Below, in pieces: positions 1 through 9,479 of a stretch of DNA of 32,000 nucleotides. Source of the DNA: Candidatus Fokinia solitaria. Its GTDB lineage: Bacteria; Pseudomonadota; Alphaproteobacteria; Rickettsiales; Midichloriaceae. The translations under genes were made by a program, and so were the position numbers. The DNA lies in the NCBI RefSeq assembly GCF_003072485.1, contig NZ_CP025989.1, positions 780,001-812,000 of the forward strand, in the 5' to 3' direction. The notes under the pieces are model-generated. The model was not told where the DNA came from. It saw only the letters and a program-made list of their open reading frames with translations, and made no database searches. Numbering within the stretch: position 1 is the stretch's first letter; every line of letters starts with the position of its first letter.

Positions 1-1
1 G

Positions 2-838
2 ATTGCGTTGCTTATATTGCGAGAGATTGCAGAAATGTCGCAAAACAACACAGCAAAGAGTACGAAAGAAACAGCACAAACAGAAGAGACAGAACAAACG
101 CCAGGTCTTATTTACTTAATTGACGAACCAGAACTACATTTACATCCATCAGCACAGAGAAAATTAATGGAATTACTCCTCGAAGAATCAAAGACGAAGC
201 AGATAATCATCGCAACTCACTCTACAGAGCTAATACATCCGATATTCTGTAAGAAAGAAGAGCCAGAAAAACACCATAACGACACGCCACAAACTGAAGG
301 TGAAAACAAAAGCGAAAGGCAAAATGCTCCTATAAAACCATACTTCCGCATCTTCAAAAGAGAGTCACAGGAGATAACAGTCACTGCTGATGCAGTAAAG
401 CTTCTGCTTCCCTTTCCATCACGAGAAGAAATAATTTTCCGCGCATTTGACGTATTTACTACAGATTTTCACAATGAGCTTTACGGCACACTTTATAGTA
501 AGTTGGAGAAACAATTTTATGACGAGCAGAAGAATAAGAGATTTATTGCAGAGGAATTTGACAAGAAAGTTGCCGAACTTAAAGAGAATCTTAAAGAAGG
601 AGAGCATATACCATCACCCGCAGAGAAAGAATGGAAAAAGTACAATTCAAAGAAAGGTGAAGTAATAGCAGAAAAAGTAACGATACATACTTACATAAGA
701 AATTCAATACATCATCCTGAAAATACACTTAATACCCTTTACACAGAAAAAGAATTAAAAGAGTCGATCGAAACACTAATAAAGTTATTAGGAGATTTTC
801 TCAAGAGAGAATCAAAACACAGAAGATTGAGATATTAG
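2..838 (+). CDS. AAA/ABC-type ATPase (AAA_21 / OLD-like family), C-terminal part only. The 5' end lies outside the window. The C-terminal helical region carries a HEPN-like RNxxxH motif.
   Basis: The reading frame is open to the left edge of the window. It has a Walker B/D-loop (LIYLIDEPELHLHP, nt 107-148) and an H-loop (IIIATHS). A low-complexity acidic linker follows, then about 165 aa of K/E-rich sequence containing YIRNSIHHPEN (R at 698-700, H at 713-715). The Walker A motif is missing, so the N-terminus is upstream of the window. Confidence 0.6.
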   Translation: MALLILREIAEMSQNNTAKSTKETAQTEETEQTPGLIYLIDEPELHLHPSAQRKLMELLLEESKTKQIIIATHSTELIHPIFCKKEEPEKHHNDTPQTEGENKSERQNAPIKPYFRIFKRESQEITVTADAVKLLLPFPSREEIIFRAFDVFTTDFHNELYGTLYSKLEKQFYDEQKNKRFIAEEFDKKVAELKENLKEGEHIPSPAEKEWKKYNSKKGEVIAEKVTIHTYIRNSIHHPENTLNTLYTEKELKESIETLIKLLGDFLKRESKHRRLRY

Positions 839-931
839 ACTTTTTCAAGCGCTTACAAATGTACTTAAAATACACGACGTTCTGCGATAAATGGATCTGC
901 TTTAATTTGCAAATCTCATTTTCGCAAAAAG

Positions 932-3898
932 TCACGCTTCTATCGTGCGAGATAGTCTACTAAGATACTCTCTTAAATACAGTCCAGTAACACTCTCTGG
1001 ATGCTTGCATATATCTTCCGGACGTCCTACACATAGCACTTTACCACCTTTAGGGCCTCCTCCAGGGCCAAAATCTATCACGTAATCAGCCTGTGCCACA
1101 ATACTCATATTATGTTCCACTACAACTACAGTATCGCCTCTATCAACTAATCTGTTAATCGTGGCAATCAACTTTGTAACGTCTTCTGGATGTAATCCTT
1201 TGCTTGGCTCATCCAACAAATATACTGTATGACTTCTAGAGAATTCTTCTCCTCCTTTCTCTAAGCTGAGAGTGGTGATATGTGCTCTTTTAGATAGTTC
1301 TCTAGACAGCTTAACGCGTTGCGCTTCACCACCGGAAAGTGTTGTTGCTGATTGCCCCATCTGCATATATCCTAATCCAACTTCTTGTAGTAAAGATATC
1401 TTTTCTCTTATTGCGGGCACATTTGCGAAAGCTTCCATCGCTTCATCAACAGAAAGTTCTAATATATCTGCTATAGAGTATCCATTCCACTTTATCTGCA
1501 ATGTATCTTGATTGTAGCGTTTTCCTCCACACGCATCACATTGTATATACACATCAGGCAAAAAATACATTTCTACCTTAATCACGCCATCACCTTCGCA
1601 TACCTCGCATCTTCCGCCTTTGATATTAAATGAAAATCTCGCTGCGGTATAACCATTACCGATAGAATCGGGAAGATTCGCGTATAATTCTCTAATTTGT
1701 GTAAACACGTTAATATATGTCGCAGGATTTGAACGTGGCGTTCTACCTATTGGCGACTGATCTATTCTTATTATTTTATCTACATTTTCTACTCCTGTGA
1801 TTTTCTTATATAAACTTGAGTTAGTAAGTACTCCGTTGATTTTATTACTTATTGCTCTATAAAAGAGTTCTACGAAAGTGGACTTACCACTTCCTGAAAC
1901 TCCAGTAATAGCCGTAAGCACTCCACACGGAATATCGATATCGACATCTTTGATGTTGTATGCTGTTGCGCCATAGATAGATAACATATCAGTATTGAGA
2001 GTTCTTCTGATACTTGGACAGCCAATATTTCTCTCACCTGAAAGATATAGACCAGTAATACTTTCCTTACATTCTGCAATCTCATTCGGAGTACCAGTAG
2101 CCACTACATAGCCACCTGCTTTTCCCGCGCCTGGCCCTACATCAATTACATAATCAGCTCTTCTGATAATATTCAAATCATGTTCTACTACTAAAAGCGA
2201 ATTACCCATTTTTATCAGCGAACATATAATATCTATGATCCTATGTTTATCATGTTCATGTGCACCGGCACATGGCTCATCCAAAACATATACTATTCCA
2301 CTCAAACTTGAACCTACTTGTCGCGTAATTTTCACACGTTGCCCTTCACCTCCAGAAAGAGTTTGCGCTTGCCTATCTAAGCTTAAATATCCAACACCAA
2401 TTTCTTCTAACAGCAGCAGACGTTTTATAACCTCTTCAATCAATTGCTCAGCAATCTGCTTTTTCTTTTCATCTAACTTTCCATCTAATACTTTGAACCA
2501 TTGTATTGCTTCCGTAATACTCATCTGACACAACTCGCCAATATGTATCCCCGCAATTTTCACGTGAAGTGCCTTATTATTTAATCTGTATCCCTTACAA
2601 CATTTGCAATTTCTCACATCTCTATACTTTGTTAATTCATCTGCTAAATGCGTATTTGTCTGCGCATCTGCTCTTTTCTCAAGAAATGGAATGACTCCTT
2701 CGAACTCTTCTTCAATCATTGTGTATCTCGTACCATCACTATACTGAATTCTCAGAAGTTCTCCTCTTGAACCATCGAAAATAATATCCTGTACTTTCTG
2801 TGGTAAATCACAAAACGGCGTTGCAAGATCGAATGAGTATTTTTCAGATAATGCACGAAAGACTTGTACGCACTTTTTACGGAAACTTTCTGGTACAATC
2901 TTACTTTCTGCTGACCATGGATGTATTGCACCTTCCATCAAACTAAGACGAGGCTGAGGCACTACTAACTCTCTCGAGAAAAAGGATTCTTTACCTAATC
3001 CATCGCACTCTGGACATGTACCTTGAGGCACATTAAACGAGAACATCTTTGGAGTAGGCTCTTCAATTGTAAATCCGGAAACTGGACAAGAAAATCCTTG
3101 AGATAGTATCATCTCATATGGTTGTTGCGCAGGTGAAGCAATATGTAACTCTAATATTCCTCTACTAAGTCTCGTAGCTGTATTAACAAAGGAAAAAATC
3201 TGCTCTTTTAAACCATGATATGCTGTTTTATTTTTTCCCGCTAATGATACTTCGGAAAGAAAAAGATTACCTATAACAGCTTTGATAGTATGCACTACAT
3301 TTGACTCAAGTATAGGTAAATGATCTACGTCATACTGAGTACCATCTATAGTAAATTTTCTATAGCCATTCTTCTTTAGAAGCGCTAATTCCTTTCTAAA
3401 ATCTCCTTTTTGATTTTTCGCTATCAGTGCATGAAATGTAATATTCGAATCAGGAGGTAAAGATAGCACTTTTTCCACTACCTCAGTTGCTGCTTGTCTT
3501 TTTATTATTTGTCCTGTAGCGGGCGAATGCGGATCTCCTATAGAGGCAAACAACACACGCAAAAAATCGTATATATCCGTAATCGTAGCTACTGTAGAAC
3601 GAGGATTTCTAGAGAATCCTTTTTGATCTATCGCAATAGGAGCGCCCATCCCGCATATACTTCCAAGCTTAGGCTTTGCTTGCTCTTCAAACTGCCTTGC
3701 ATATGTACTAAGACCTAGATAAAGCCTCTTTCCTTCTGCATTTAACACATCCATTGCTAACGAACTCTTGCCAGAGCCGCTAACACCGGAAAAAACAACG
3801 AACTTCTCCTTCGGTACTTTTACGCTGACTTTTTTAAGATTGTTTTCAGATGCATCTGAGATAATGATATATTCCACTTTATTAGAAGATGTTGACAT
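932..3898 (-). CDS. uvrA: Excinuclease ABC subunit A (UvrA)
   Basis: Two ABC ATPase modules are present (GVSGSGKSSLA and GVSGSGKSTFV; LSGGEGQR and LSGGEAQR). The UvrA zinc modules are present (CPECDGLG, CKCCKGYRL, CEVCEGDG...CDACGGKRY). Length is about 988 aa. The first ATG is at 3898; the ORF track begins at an upstream GTG at 3907. There is a small insert before the second Walker B (HITTLSLEKGGEEFSRSHTVYLLDEP). Confidence 0.95.
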   Translation of the reverse strand: MSTSSNKVEYIIISDASENNLKKVSVKVPKEKFVVFSGVSGSGKSSLAMDVLNAEGKRLYLGLSTYARQFEEQAKPKLGSICGMGAPIAIDQKGFSRNPRSTVATITDIYDFLRVLFASIGDPHSPATGQIIKRQAATEVVEKVLSLPPDSNITFHALIAKNQKGDFRKELALLKKNGYRKFTIDGTQYDVDHLPILESNVVHTIKAVIGNLFLSEVSLAGKNKTAYHGLKEQIFSFVNTATRLSRGILELHIASPAQQPYEMILSQGFSCPVSGFTIEEPTPKMFSFNVPQGTCPECDGLGKESFFSRELVVPQPRLSLMEGAIHPWSAESKIVPESFRKKCVQVFRALSEKYSFDLATPFCDLPQKVQDIIFDGSRGELLRIQYSDGTRYTMIEEEFEGVIPFLEKRADAQTNTHLADELTKYRDVRNCKCCKGYRLNNKALHVKIAGIHIGELCQMSITEAIQWFKVLDGKLDEKKKQIAEQLIEEVIKRLLLLEEIGVGYLSLDRQAQTLSGGEGQRVKITRQVGSSLSGIVYVLDEPCAGAHEHDKHRIIDIICSLIKMGNSLLVVEHDLNIIRRADYVIDVGPGAGKAGGYVVATGTPNEIAECKESITGLYLSGERNIGCPSIRRTLNTDMLSIYGATAYNIKDVDIDIPCGVLTAITGVSGSGKSTFVELFYRAISNKINGVLTNSSLYKKITGVENVDKIIRIDQSPIGRTPRSNPATYINVFTQIRELYANLPDSIGNGYTAARFSFNIKGGRCEVCEGDGVIKVEMYFLPDVYIQCDACGGKRYNQDTLQIKWNGYSIADILELSVDEAMEAFANVPAIREKISLLQEVGLGYMQMGQSATTLSGGEAQRVKLSRELSKRAHITTLSLEKGGEEFSRSHTVYLLDEPSKGLHPEDVTKLIATINRLVDRGDTVVVVEHNMSIVAQADYVIDFGPGGGPKGGKVLCVGRPEDICKHPESVTGLYLREYLSRLSRTIEA

Positions 3899-4063
3899 GC
3901 TATGCACACAGTAAATTCCATTTTTCAGTTAGCTGCTTCGCCATCCGACACTATTGATAATACCACAATTCGGAAAAAAATCCATTCAGATTCATCTTGA
4001 TTATATATTTGTCTTATGCTTTTAAGCATCAACATAAGAAAATAAGTTCTGAAAACAGATGCA

Positions 4064-4804
4064 TTATCCTTCTCCTAAAAGCTTGATTAATTCTAATGGT
4101 TTCAATGAAGATTTCTCTTTTTCTTTGAACTGATGCATTACGCTACCATCGTTTAAAATAATCAGCCTATCTCCATATTCTATAGCATGATGCATGTCAT
4201 GCGTTATCATTAAAACTGTCTTTCCTCTTAGAATTTTCCTTGTGAGTTTCATTACGTTATCGGATGTTTTCGGATCAAGTGCAGACGTTATTTCATCCAT
4301 CAGTAATATCTTAGATTCGGAAAGTAACGACATTACCACACTAAGAAGCTGTCGCTGCCCTCCGGATAAAGTAGCTACAAATTGATTTAACTTTCTCTCA
4401 AGACCTATATCCAATTCTTTCAGCTTTTCCATAAAAAAGCTTCTCCTCTCCTTTGTATTGTATAATCTCATCCCTCTTCTTTTCCCTTGCATATAAGCAA
4501 GATTAAGATTCTCGAATACTGTCATATCGCTAACGGTATTACTATCAGGATATTGCGTTACATACGAAAAAAGCTTTTTTCGCTGAGAAGAATGCATTGA
4601 TTTGACACTATGTCCATCTACTGTTGCGCATCCGGTAAAATTTTTTATTTCGCCATTTATAAGGCGCAAAAAACTCGATTTCCCTACACCATTACGACCT
4701 ACAATCATAATGAATTCATTTTCCATAATATCGATTGTGAGATTGTGAAATATGGAGTAATCATCAGTGTGCGCTTTTAAGCAGACATTACTTATCTTTA
4801 TCAT
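4064..4804 (-). CDS. ABC transporter ATP-binding protein (COG1101-type, partner of the PF04392/COG2984 binding protein)
   Basis: Walker A is GRNGVGKS, the signature is LSGGQRQ, Walker B is ILLMDE and the H-loop is ITHD. The start overlaps the upstream permease stop by 17 nt, which indicates an operon. Confidence 0.85.
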   Translation of the reverse strand: MIKISNVCLKAHTDDYSIFHNLTIDIMENEFIMIVGRNGVGKSSFLRLINGEIKNFTGCATVDGHSVKSMHSSQRKKLFSYVTQYPDSNTVSDMTVFENLNLAYMQGKRRGMRLYNTKERRSFFMEKLKELDIGLERKLNQFVATLSGGQRQLLSVVMSLLSESKILLMDEITSALDPKTSDNVMKLTRKILRGKTVLMITHDMHHAIEYGDRLIILNDGSVMHQFKEKEKSSLKPLELIKLLGEG

Positions 4805-5642
4805 GCGATATACGTACTTTTGTGAGATAAATTACTATTGTCACCACAACGCCGGTAATCAGATTTACATCGTATACTTCCAAATGCAGCAACTCCACAT
4901 GCAAAGCAAAAGCAATAATCAGCCTGTATATCACAGAGCCAACTATGCATGAAAGTATCGAAAAAATTACCGACTTCCTTTTAAATACCTTTTCTCCAAG
5001 GAAAATACCTGCGAATCCTACTACTAATGTACCAATTCCTTGCGATGTATCGCATAATTGCTGGTACTGTGCCATTAAACTTCCGCTTAACGCTATTGCG
5101 CCATTGCTAAGCCCTAATATCGCCAATGTAACGCCACTAACGCATATATTCACCGTTTTACATACAGCTTTATTGTACCCTATTGCGCGTGCAGATAATC
5201 CAAAATCGGTATTTAATACATAAGAAAAAGTACATAATACAAATACCAAAATGCATAATAATACCAAGATTGGAGAAATATTAGAAAATAGCGTATCATA
5301 TCCTACTAATGATATATTGGAAACTCCCCCCATAATACGCATATTTACAGAATACAACATAAAAGCGACTAGTATTCCAGCAAGTAAATTCTGTACCTTA
5401 CAATATATATGTAAGATTCCGGTAATAATCCCTACTACTACTCCAACAGCAAAAGCAGAAACTGTCGCTAGCACTACCGAAACTCCATTTGCAATTAAAG
5501 CGCCTGATACCGCAGCGCCACTCATAAAACTTCCATCACATGTCAAATCAGGAAAGTCTATTATTCGAAATGTAAGGTAAATCCCTATAGCTACTATGCT
5601 ATATATCAGTCCTACTTCTACAGCAATTAAAATCTCTTCCAT
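4788..5642 (-). CDS. ABC transporter permease (COG4120-type)
   Basis: This is a polytopic hydrophobic protein. Its N-terminal GLIYSIVAIGIYLTFRIIDFPDLTCDGSF motif is typical of this permease family. It sits 1 nt downstream of the binding-protein gene and overlaps the ATPase gene. Confidence 0.75.
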   Translation of the reverse strand: MEEILIAVEVGLIYSIVAIGIYLTFRIIDFPDLTCDGSFMSGAAVSGALIANGVSVVLATVSAFAVGVVVGIITGILHIYCKVQNLLAGILVAFMLYSVNMRIMGGVSNISLVGYDTLFSNISPILVLLCILVFVLCTFSYVLNTDFGLSARAIGYNKAVCKTVNICVSGVTLAILGLSNGAIALSGSLMAQYQQLCDTSQGIGTLVVGFAGIFLGEKVFKRKSVIFSILSCIVGSVIYRLIIAFALHVELLHLEVYDVNLITGVVVTIVIYLTKVRISHDKDK

Positions 5643-5643
5643 A

Positions 5644-6594
5644 TCATCTCTTATTAACGATTATAGAAGCTTTTTGCAACACGTCAGACGGTACGGAAAA
5701 ACCTATTTCATTACTCGTGAGTTCATTAATGGCAATTTCAATCTTCTCCGGATATAGAACTACGCCGCTTACTTCCTCATTATTAAAAGATTTTTTCAGT
5801 AACTCTCCTGTCATAACGCCAATCTTATATTGATTAGGCCCTATAGCACCTAAAACTCCTGCATACACCGTATCTACGTCTGTACAATACAACGGTACAT
5901 TATTTTTCTTGCAAAATTCAGCTATATTTGAAATAGCACTTAGCGCGGTATTATCGTTACTAATTATCACTGCATCGACTTCTTTCATCATAGAAGATAA
6001 ACAAGAATTTACATCAGTAACCTTCAACAAAGCACGCTTCACCAATTTTATGTTAGATCGTGAACACGCTTTTGACAGATCATCTACTATATATTGCGAG
6101 TTTATTTCACTTGGATTGTATAATATTCCCAAACTTTTTATAAGAGGCTGCATTTCAGTTATTATCGCAAGGTACTTTTCTGATCGCAAGAAATTACTCA
6201 CACCTGCTACATTCTTGCTTTTTAGCAAACCTGCTTTATATGGCTCAGTGACGGATGAAAAAACAATAAGAGTATCACGCTTCTTTCTTGCGTTTAATAG
6301 CATCTGCGCTGCCATTGTACCGACGCCTACTACTGCTTTCGGATTTGACGAAAAGTACTGCGAAGCAATCTGATGCGCAAGTGCAATATTGCCTTGTGCA
6401 GATTTTATGCTTACTGATGCGAAATCTTTTACAGTATCTTGAATAGCAGAAGCTACAATATCTAGTGCTGGATGATCCGCAGATTTCAGAATTAATACCG
6501 TATTTTCTGCCGCACAAGCGATAAATGCATAACATACAAATACTTTGAGTAGTACATATCTAATCATGATGCATATAGATGAATAACGGTACAT
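5644..6594 (-). CDS. ABC transporter substrate-binding protein (ABC_sub_bind / PF04392-like) with an N-terminal signal peptide
   Basis: It has a hydrophobic N-terminus (VLLKVFVCYAFIACAAEN, possibly a lipobox-like FIAC) followed by VLILKSADHPALD, which is typical of PF04392 proteins. It is the first gene of the SBP-permease-ATPase operon. The true start may be the internal ATG at 6567. Confidence 0.7.
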   Translation of the reverse strand: MYRYSSICIMIRYVLLKVFVCYAFIACAAENTVLILKSADHPALDIVASAIQDTVKDFASVSIKSAQGNIALAHQIASQYFSSNPKAVVGVGTMAAQMLLNARKKRDTLIVFSSVTEPYKAGLLKSKNVAGVSNFLRSEKYLAIITEMQPLIKSLGILYNPSEINSQYIVDDLSKACSRSNIKLVKRALLKVTDVNSCLSSMMKEVDAVIISNDNTALSAISNIAEFCKKNNVPLYCTDVDTVYAGVLGAIGPNQYKIGVMTGELLKKSFNNEEVSGVVLYPEKIEIAINELTSNEIGFSVPSDVLQKASIIVNKR

Positions 6595-6621
6595 TTTTGC
6601 ATATCCATTTTTTATAAGTTA

Positions 6622-7932
6622 CTACCTCATTCTATTCCATGATAAAGAACTAGCATGAGTCGCTACTACAGATTCTTTATTTCCATTTATATCGATAAAA
6701 TATATGCTGCTGATACCTCCATTTCCCTTACGTGCGCTAAACATCATACCAGAACCATTCGGTGCCCATGCAACATTATCAACTAGCAATGCACTATTTA
6801 AAAGCTTTTCTTCACTGCCATCAGCATTCATGATACCAAGATAGAACATACCATTTAAGCGCTTACTGAATGCTATATAATTTCCATCTGGAGAATACGA
6901 TGGAGTAAAGTACTGTCCACTACCAGTACTAATCTGATTGATCTTTCTCGTAGCTGAGTTAAGAGAGTAGATTCTATTGATACCACTATGATCAGAGGTA
7001 AATACCATTCTCGTACCATCATATGAATATTGCGCATTCGTAATAATAGCGTTTTTCACGGATAGTAAAGGTACCGTCTTACCACTACTCAAAGAGTACT
7101 CATATAAACCAGTAGTCCCCATATACGCTATGGAAAAGATCATCTTTCTCATATCCGGAGAAAAATTTATCGAAAAAATAGTGCCTTTTAGTGAAAGAAT
7201 TGGTTTCACACTACCATTCTCAAGATCTAGTCTCATAACGACTGTTCTATGATTCCAGTACTCTATATAATACAGCTTCGTACCACATGGACTAAATTGT
7301 GGATTATGTACTATATTTTTACCGTTTGTTACGTATACAGCATTATCGCCGTTATAATCCGCTATCACCAGCTTCGTAACTTGCTTTTTAGCTTTTTTCA
7401 GTTCTTTCACAAACGCCACTTTTGTAGCGAAGTAACCATTCTGACCAGTGATGTATCGATAAATTCGATTCGATATCGCATGCGAAACTTCTCTCCAACT
7501 ACTTATTGGTACTACTTTAGAAAAGGTATCAACTTGCTTCTTAAGTTTTACATCAAATAACTTATAAGATACCAATATTGAGTCAGCTGCTTTGTTACGC
7601 TCTACCCGTCCGAGTATTATAAGTGACGTACCACTCTTTTGCCATAAATGAAAGTTTGGCACATTCGTGAATCCTACATTTTCTAAGAATCCTCTAGGAT
7701 CTGAAATACTAAAAATTCCTGAAAAAGATAAATCTTTCGCAATTGCTGTAGAAATTTTCTGCGATACCGGAGACGCATCACCGTGAAACGGAAAAATCGC
7801 ACAATCTACGAAACGTACTTTATTTTGGGAGATTTTCAGTTCCAAAACAGCATGCGATGTATTCGCAAGCATCAGAGAGAATACAGCAAAAAGAAGGTAG
7901 GCTACTATGCGCCTAGAAGCAGAGAGACACAT
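6622..7932 (-). CDS. tolB: Tol-Pal system beta-propeller protein TolB
   Basis: It has a signal peptide and an N-terminal TolB domain. Repeated WD-like/PD40 propeller motifs follow (FSPCGTKLYY, FSPDMRKMIF, YSYDGTRMVFTSD, YSPDGNYIAFS, WAPNG). Length is 436 aa. Confidence 0.85.
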   Translation of the reverse strand: MCLSASRRIVAYLLFAVFSLMLANTSHAVLELKISQNKVRFVDCAIFPFHGDASPVSQKISTAIAKDLSFSGIFSISDPRGFLENVGFTNVPNFHLWQKSGTSLIILGRVERNKAADSILVSYKLFDVKLKKQVDTFSKVVPISSWREVSHAISNRIYRYITGQNGYFATKVAFVKELKKAKKQVTKLVIADYNGDNAVYVTNGKNIVHNPQFSPCGTKLYYIEYWNHRTVVMRLDLENGSVKPILSLKGTIFSINFSPDMRKMIFSIAYMGTTGLYEYSLSSGKTVPLLSVKNAIITNAQYSYDGTRMVFTSDHSGINRIYSLNSATRKINQISTGSGQYFTPSYSPDGNYIAFSKRLNGMFYLGIMNADGSEEKLLNSALLVDNVAWAPNGSGMMFSARKGNGGISSIYFIDINGNKESVVATHASSLSWNRMR

Positions 7933-8172
7933 CGCAGAAATTGGTTAATTCTCGTATAACTCGAGTCTGTACACATGCGATGAAAATGTCAACGATTTCA
8001 ATGTCTCTTTTCTACGATAAGTTACTACTGCACCGCAAATAGATATATGCAAGAACGACAGAAGCAATGCAAATATGCTTTCTGCACTTCTTACACTATC
8101 AAAGCGAAATCATTAAAGAACGTTTATAAACATCTTTCGGCAAATAACAGCGCATTAAGCGCATCACACCAC

Positions 8173-8514
8173 CTAAGCCTTTTCTATACTTGTGCTTTTA
8201 ATGTACTCAGGAGACTGAATATCTACGCCACTTCTCTTACTATACCTTATTTTCTTACCATCTGACACTTTAAAGCCTATACGGCATGGCTTTCTATCAC
8301 TTGGATCGATATGCATTACCTTAGATAAAGGAAGTGGAAATTCTATATTTTGATATCCACCTGCATTAGCTTTCTGTTTTTTGCTTCTGATATTCACACC
8401 TGCAACTACCACTTCGCATTCACTTGCAAGTACAGCTAATACCTTGCCAATTTTTCCCTTATACTTTCCGGAGATTACTATCACTTCATCACCCTTTACA
8501 ACTCTAGCAGCCAT
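8173..8514 (-). CDS. rplX: 50S ribosomal protein L24
   Basis: It has the KOW motif VVKGDEVIVISGKYKGKIGKVL, and the size and basic composition fit L24. The ATG is at 8514; the ORF track starts at a TTG two codons upstream, at 8520. Confidence 0.9.
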   Translation of the reverse strand: MAARVVKGDEVIVISGKYKGKIGKVLAVLASECEVVVAGVNIRSKKQKANAGGYQNIEFPLPLSKVMHIDPSDRKPCRIGFKVSDGKKIRYSKRSGVDIQSPEYIKSTSIEKA

Positions 8515-8550
8515 AGTCAAAAATAAATTAATTCAACAATTAAACAATCA

Positions 8551-8922
8551 TTACAACACTTCTTGTGCTAGAGAGATAATCTTTGTAAATCCTAACCCTC
8601 TTAATTCGCGTGGCATCACGCCAAAAACCCTAGTTGCAAGAGGTTCGCCTGCTTCATTTATTATAACAGCAGCATTCACGTCGAATTTGATATAACTACC
8701 GTCCTTTCTTCTAACCTCTTTTTTCGTTCTTACAACTACAGCTTTATACACTCCACCAGCTTTTACTAACTTTGGATTCGGTATCGCATCCACTACGGAT
8801 ACCACTATTCTATCACCAATAGAACCGAATCTTCTCTTCGAGCCACCAAGCACTTTTATACACTTAGCAAATTTAGCACCAGAATTATCGGCAACTAATA
8901 GTACCGTACCAGGTATAATCAT
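8551..8922 (-). CDS. rplN: 50S ribosomal protein L14
   Basis: [31 protein letters not shown]...[11 protein letters not shown] is near-canonical L14, at 123 aa. Confidence 0.95.
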   Translation of the reverse strand: MIIPGTVLLVADNSGAKFAKCIKVLGGSKRRFGSIGDRIVVSVVDAIPNPKLVKAGGVYKAVVVRTKKEVRRKDGSYIKFDVNAAVIINEAGEPLATRVFGVMPRELRGLGFTKIISLAQEVL

Positions 8923-8954
8923 AATAAAGAAACAGTAAAAATTTTATAATCCGA

Positions 8955-9197
8955 TCAATTAGCGATTTTATCGTATAACACCATCCATCTTTTTAACTTA
9001 GATATTGGCCTCGACTCAATGATAGAAACTGCATCTCCACACTTAAAAGCAGAGTTAGGATCGTGCGCATGATATTTCTTTGTAACTGAAACTATCTTTC
9101 TATACTTTGGATGCTGAAACTTTCTCTCCACCTCAACGACAACGGTACTCTGTTGCTTATCACTCACAACAACACCTTTTAGTATTCTTTTTGGCAT
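8955..9197 (-). CDS. rpsQ: 30S ribosomal protein S17
   Basis: [36 protein letters not shown]...YHAHD...[18 protein letters not shown] matches S17 at 80 aa. The 55-codon in-frame 5' extension in the ORF track (to 9362) has no S17 or L29 similarity and is not called. Confidence 0.9.
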   Translation of the reverse strand: MPKRILKGVVVSDKQQSTVVVEVERKFQHPKYRKIVSVTKKYHAHDPNSAFKCGDAVSIIESRPISKLKRWMVLYDKIAN

Positions 9198-9479
9198 TTC
9201 CACACTATCATATACCGATAAACTACGTCGGATGCTAGATAACTCATAAGTAAAAGTCAAGCTGTAACGAATATGATCGGTACTCTCTTCAGTATCGAAA
9301 ATGATAGTAATAAGCGTATTCAAGAGAGAATTCATCAACTTGAGTGTATTGATAAATTGCACCGAATTATTTTATGATACCTTTATAGTCATCGAGATGC
9401 ATTAATTCACAATCTCAAATTTGCTTCATAAACAAGTCACTTGTATCACTTATCACTCTTAAACATAATCGATGAATAG

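Noticed and set aside
5909-6373. 154-aa plus-strand ORF inside the substrate-binding-protein gene, and similar ORFs at 4945..5580, 1272..1511, 2235..2528, 3494..3718, 7249..7560 and 8381..8695
   Set aside because: All are antisense to confidently identified genes (uvrA, the ABC operon, tolB, rplX/rplN). None has a recognisable motif, so they are treated as frame shadows.
8150-8162. GCGC-ATTAA-GCGC mini-hairpin about 11 nt downstream of the rplX stop (minus strand), followed by a T-rich stretch, as a possible terminator of the S17-L14-L24 unit
   Set aside because: The stem is only 4 bp, which is too weak to call without 3'-end mapping.
9198-9362. 55-codon in-frame N-terminal extension of the S17 ORF, possibly a fused L29
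   Set aside because: The extension ([26 protein letters not shown]...) shows no resemblance to L29 or to S17. The canonical S17 N-terminus MPKRILKG begins at the internal ATG at 9197.
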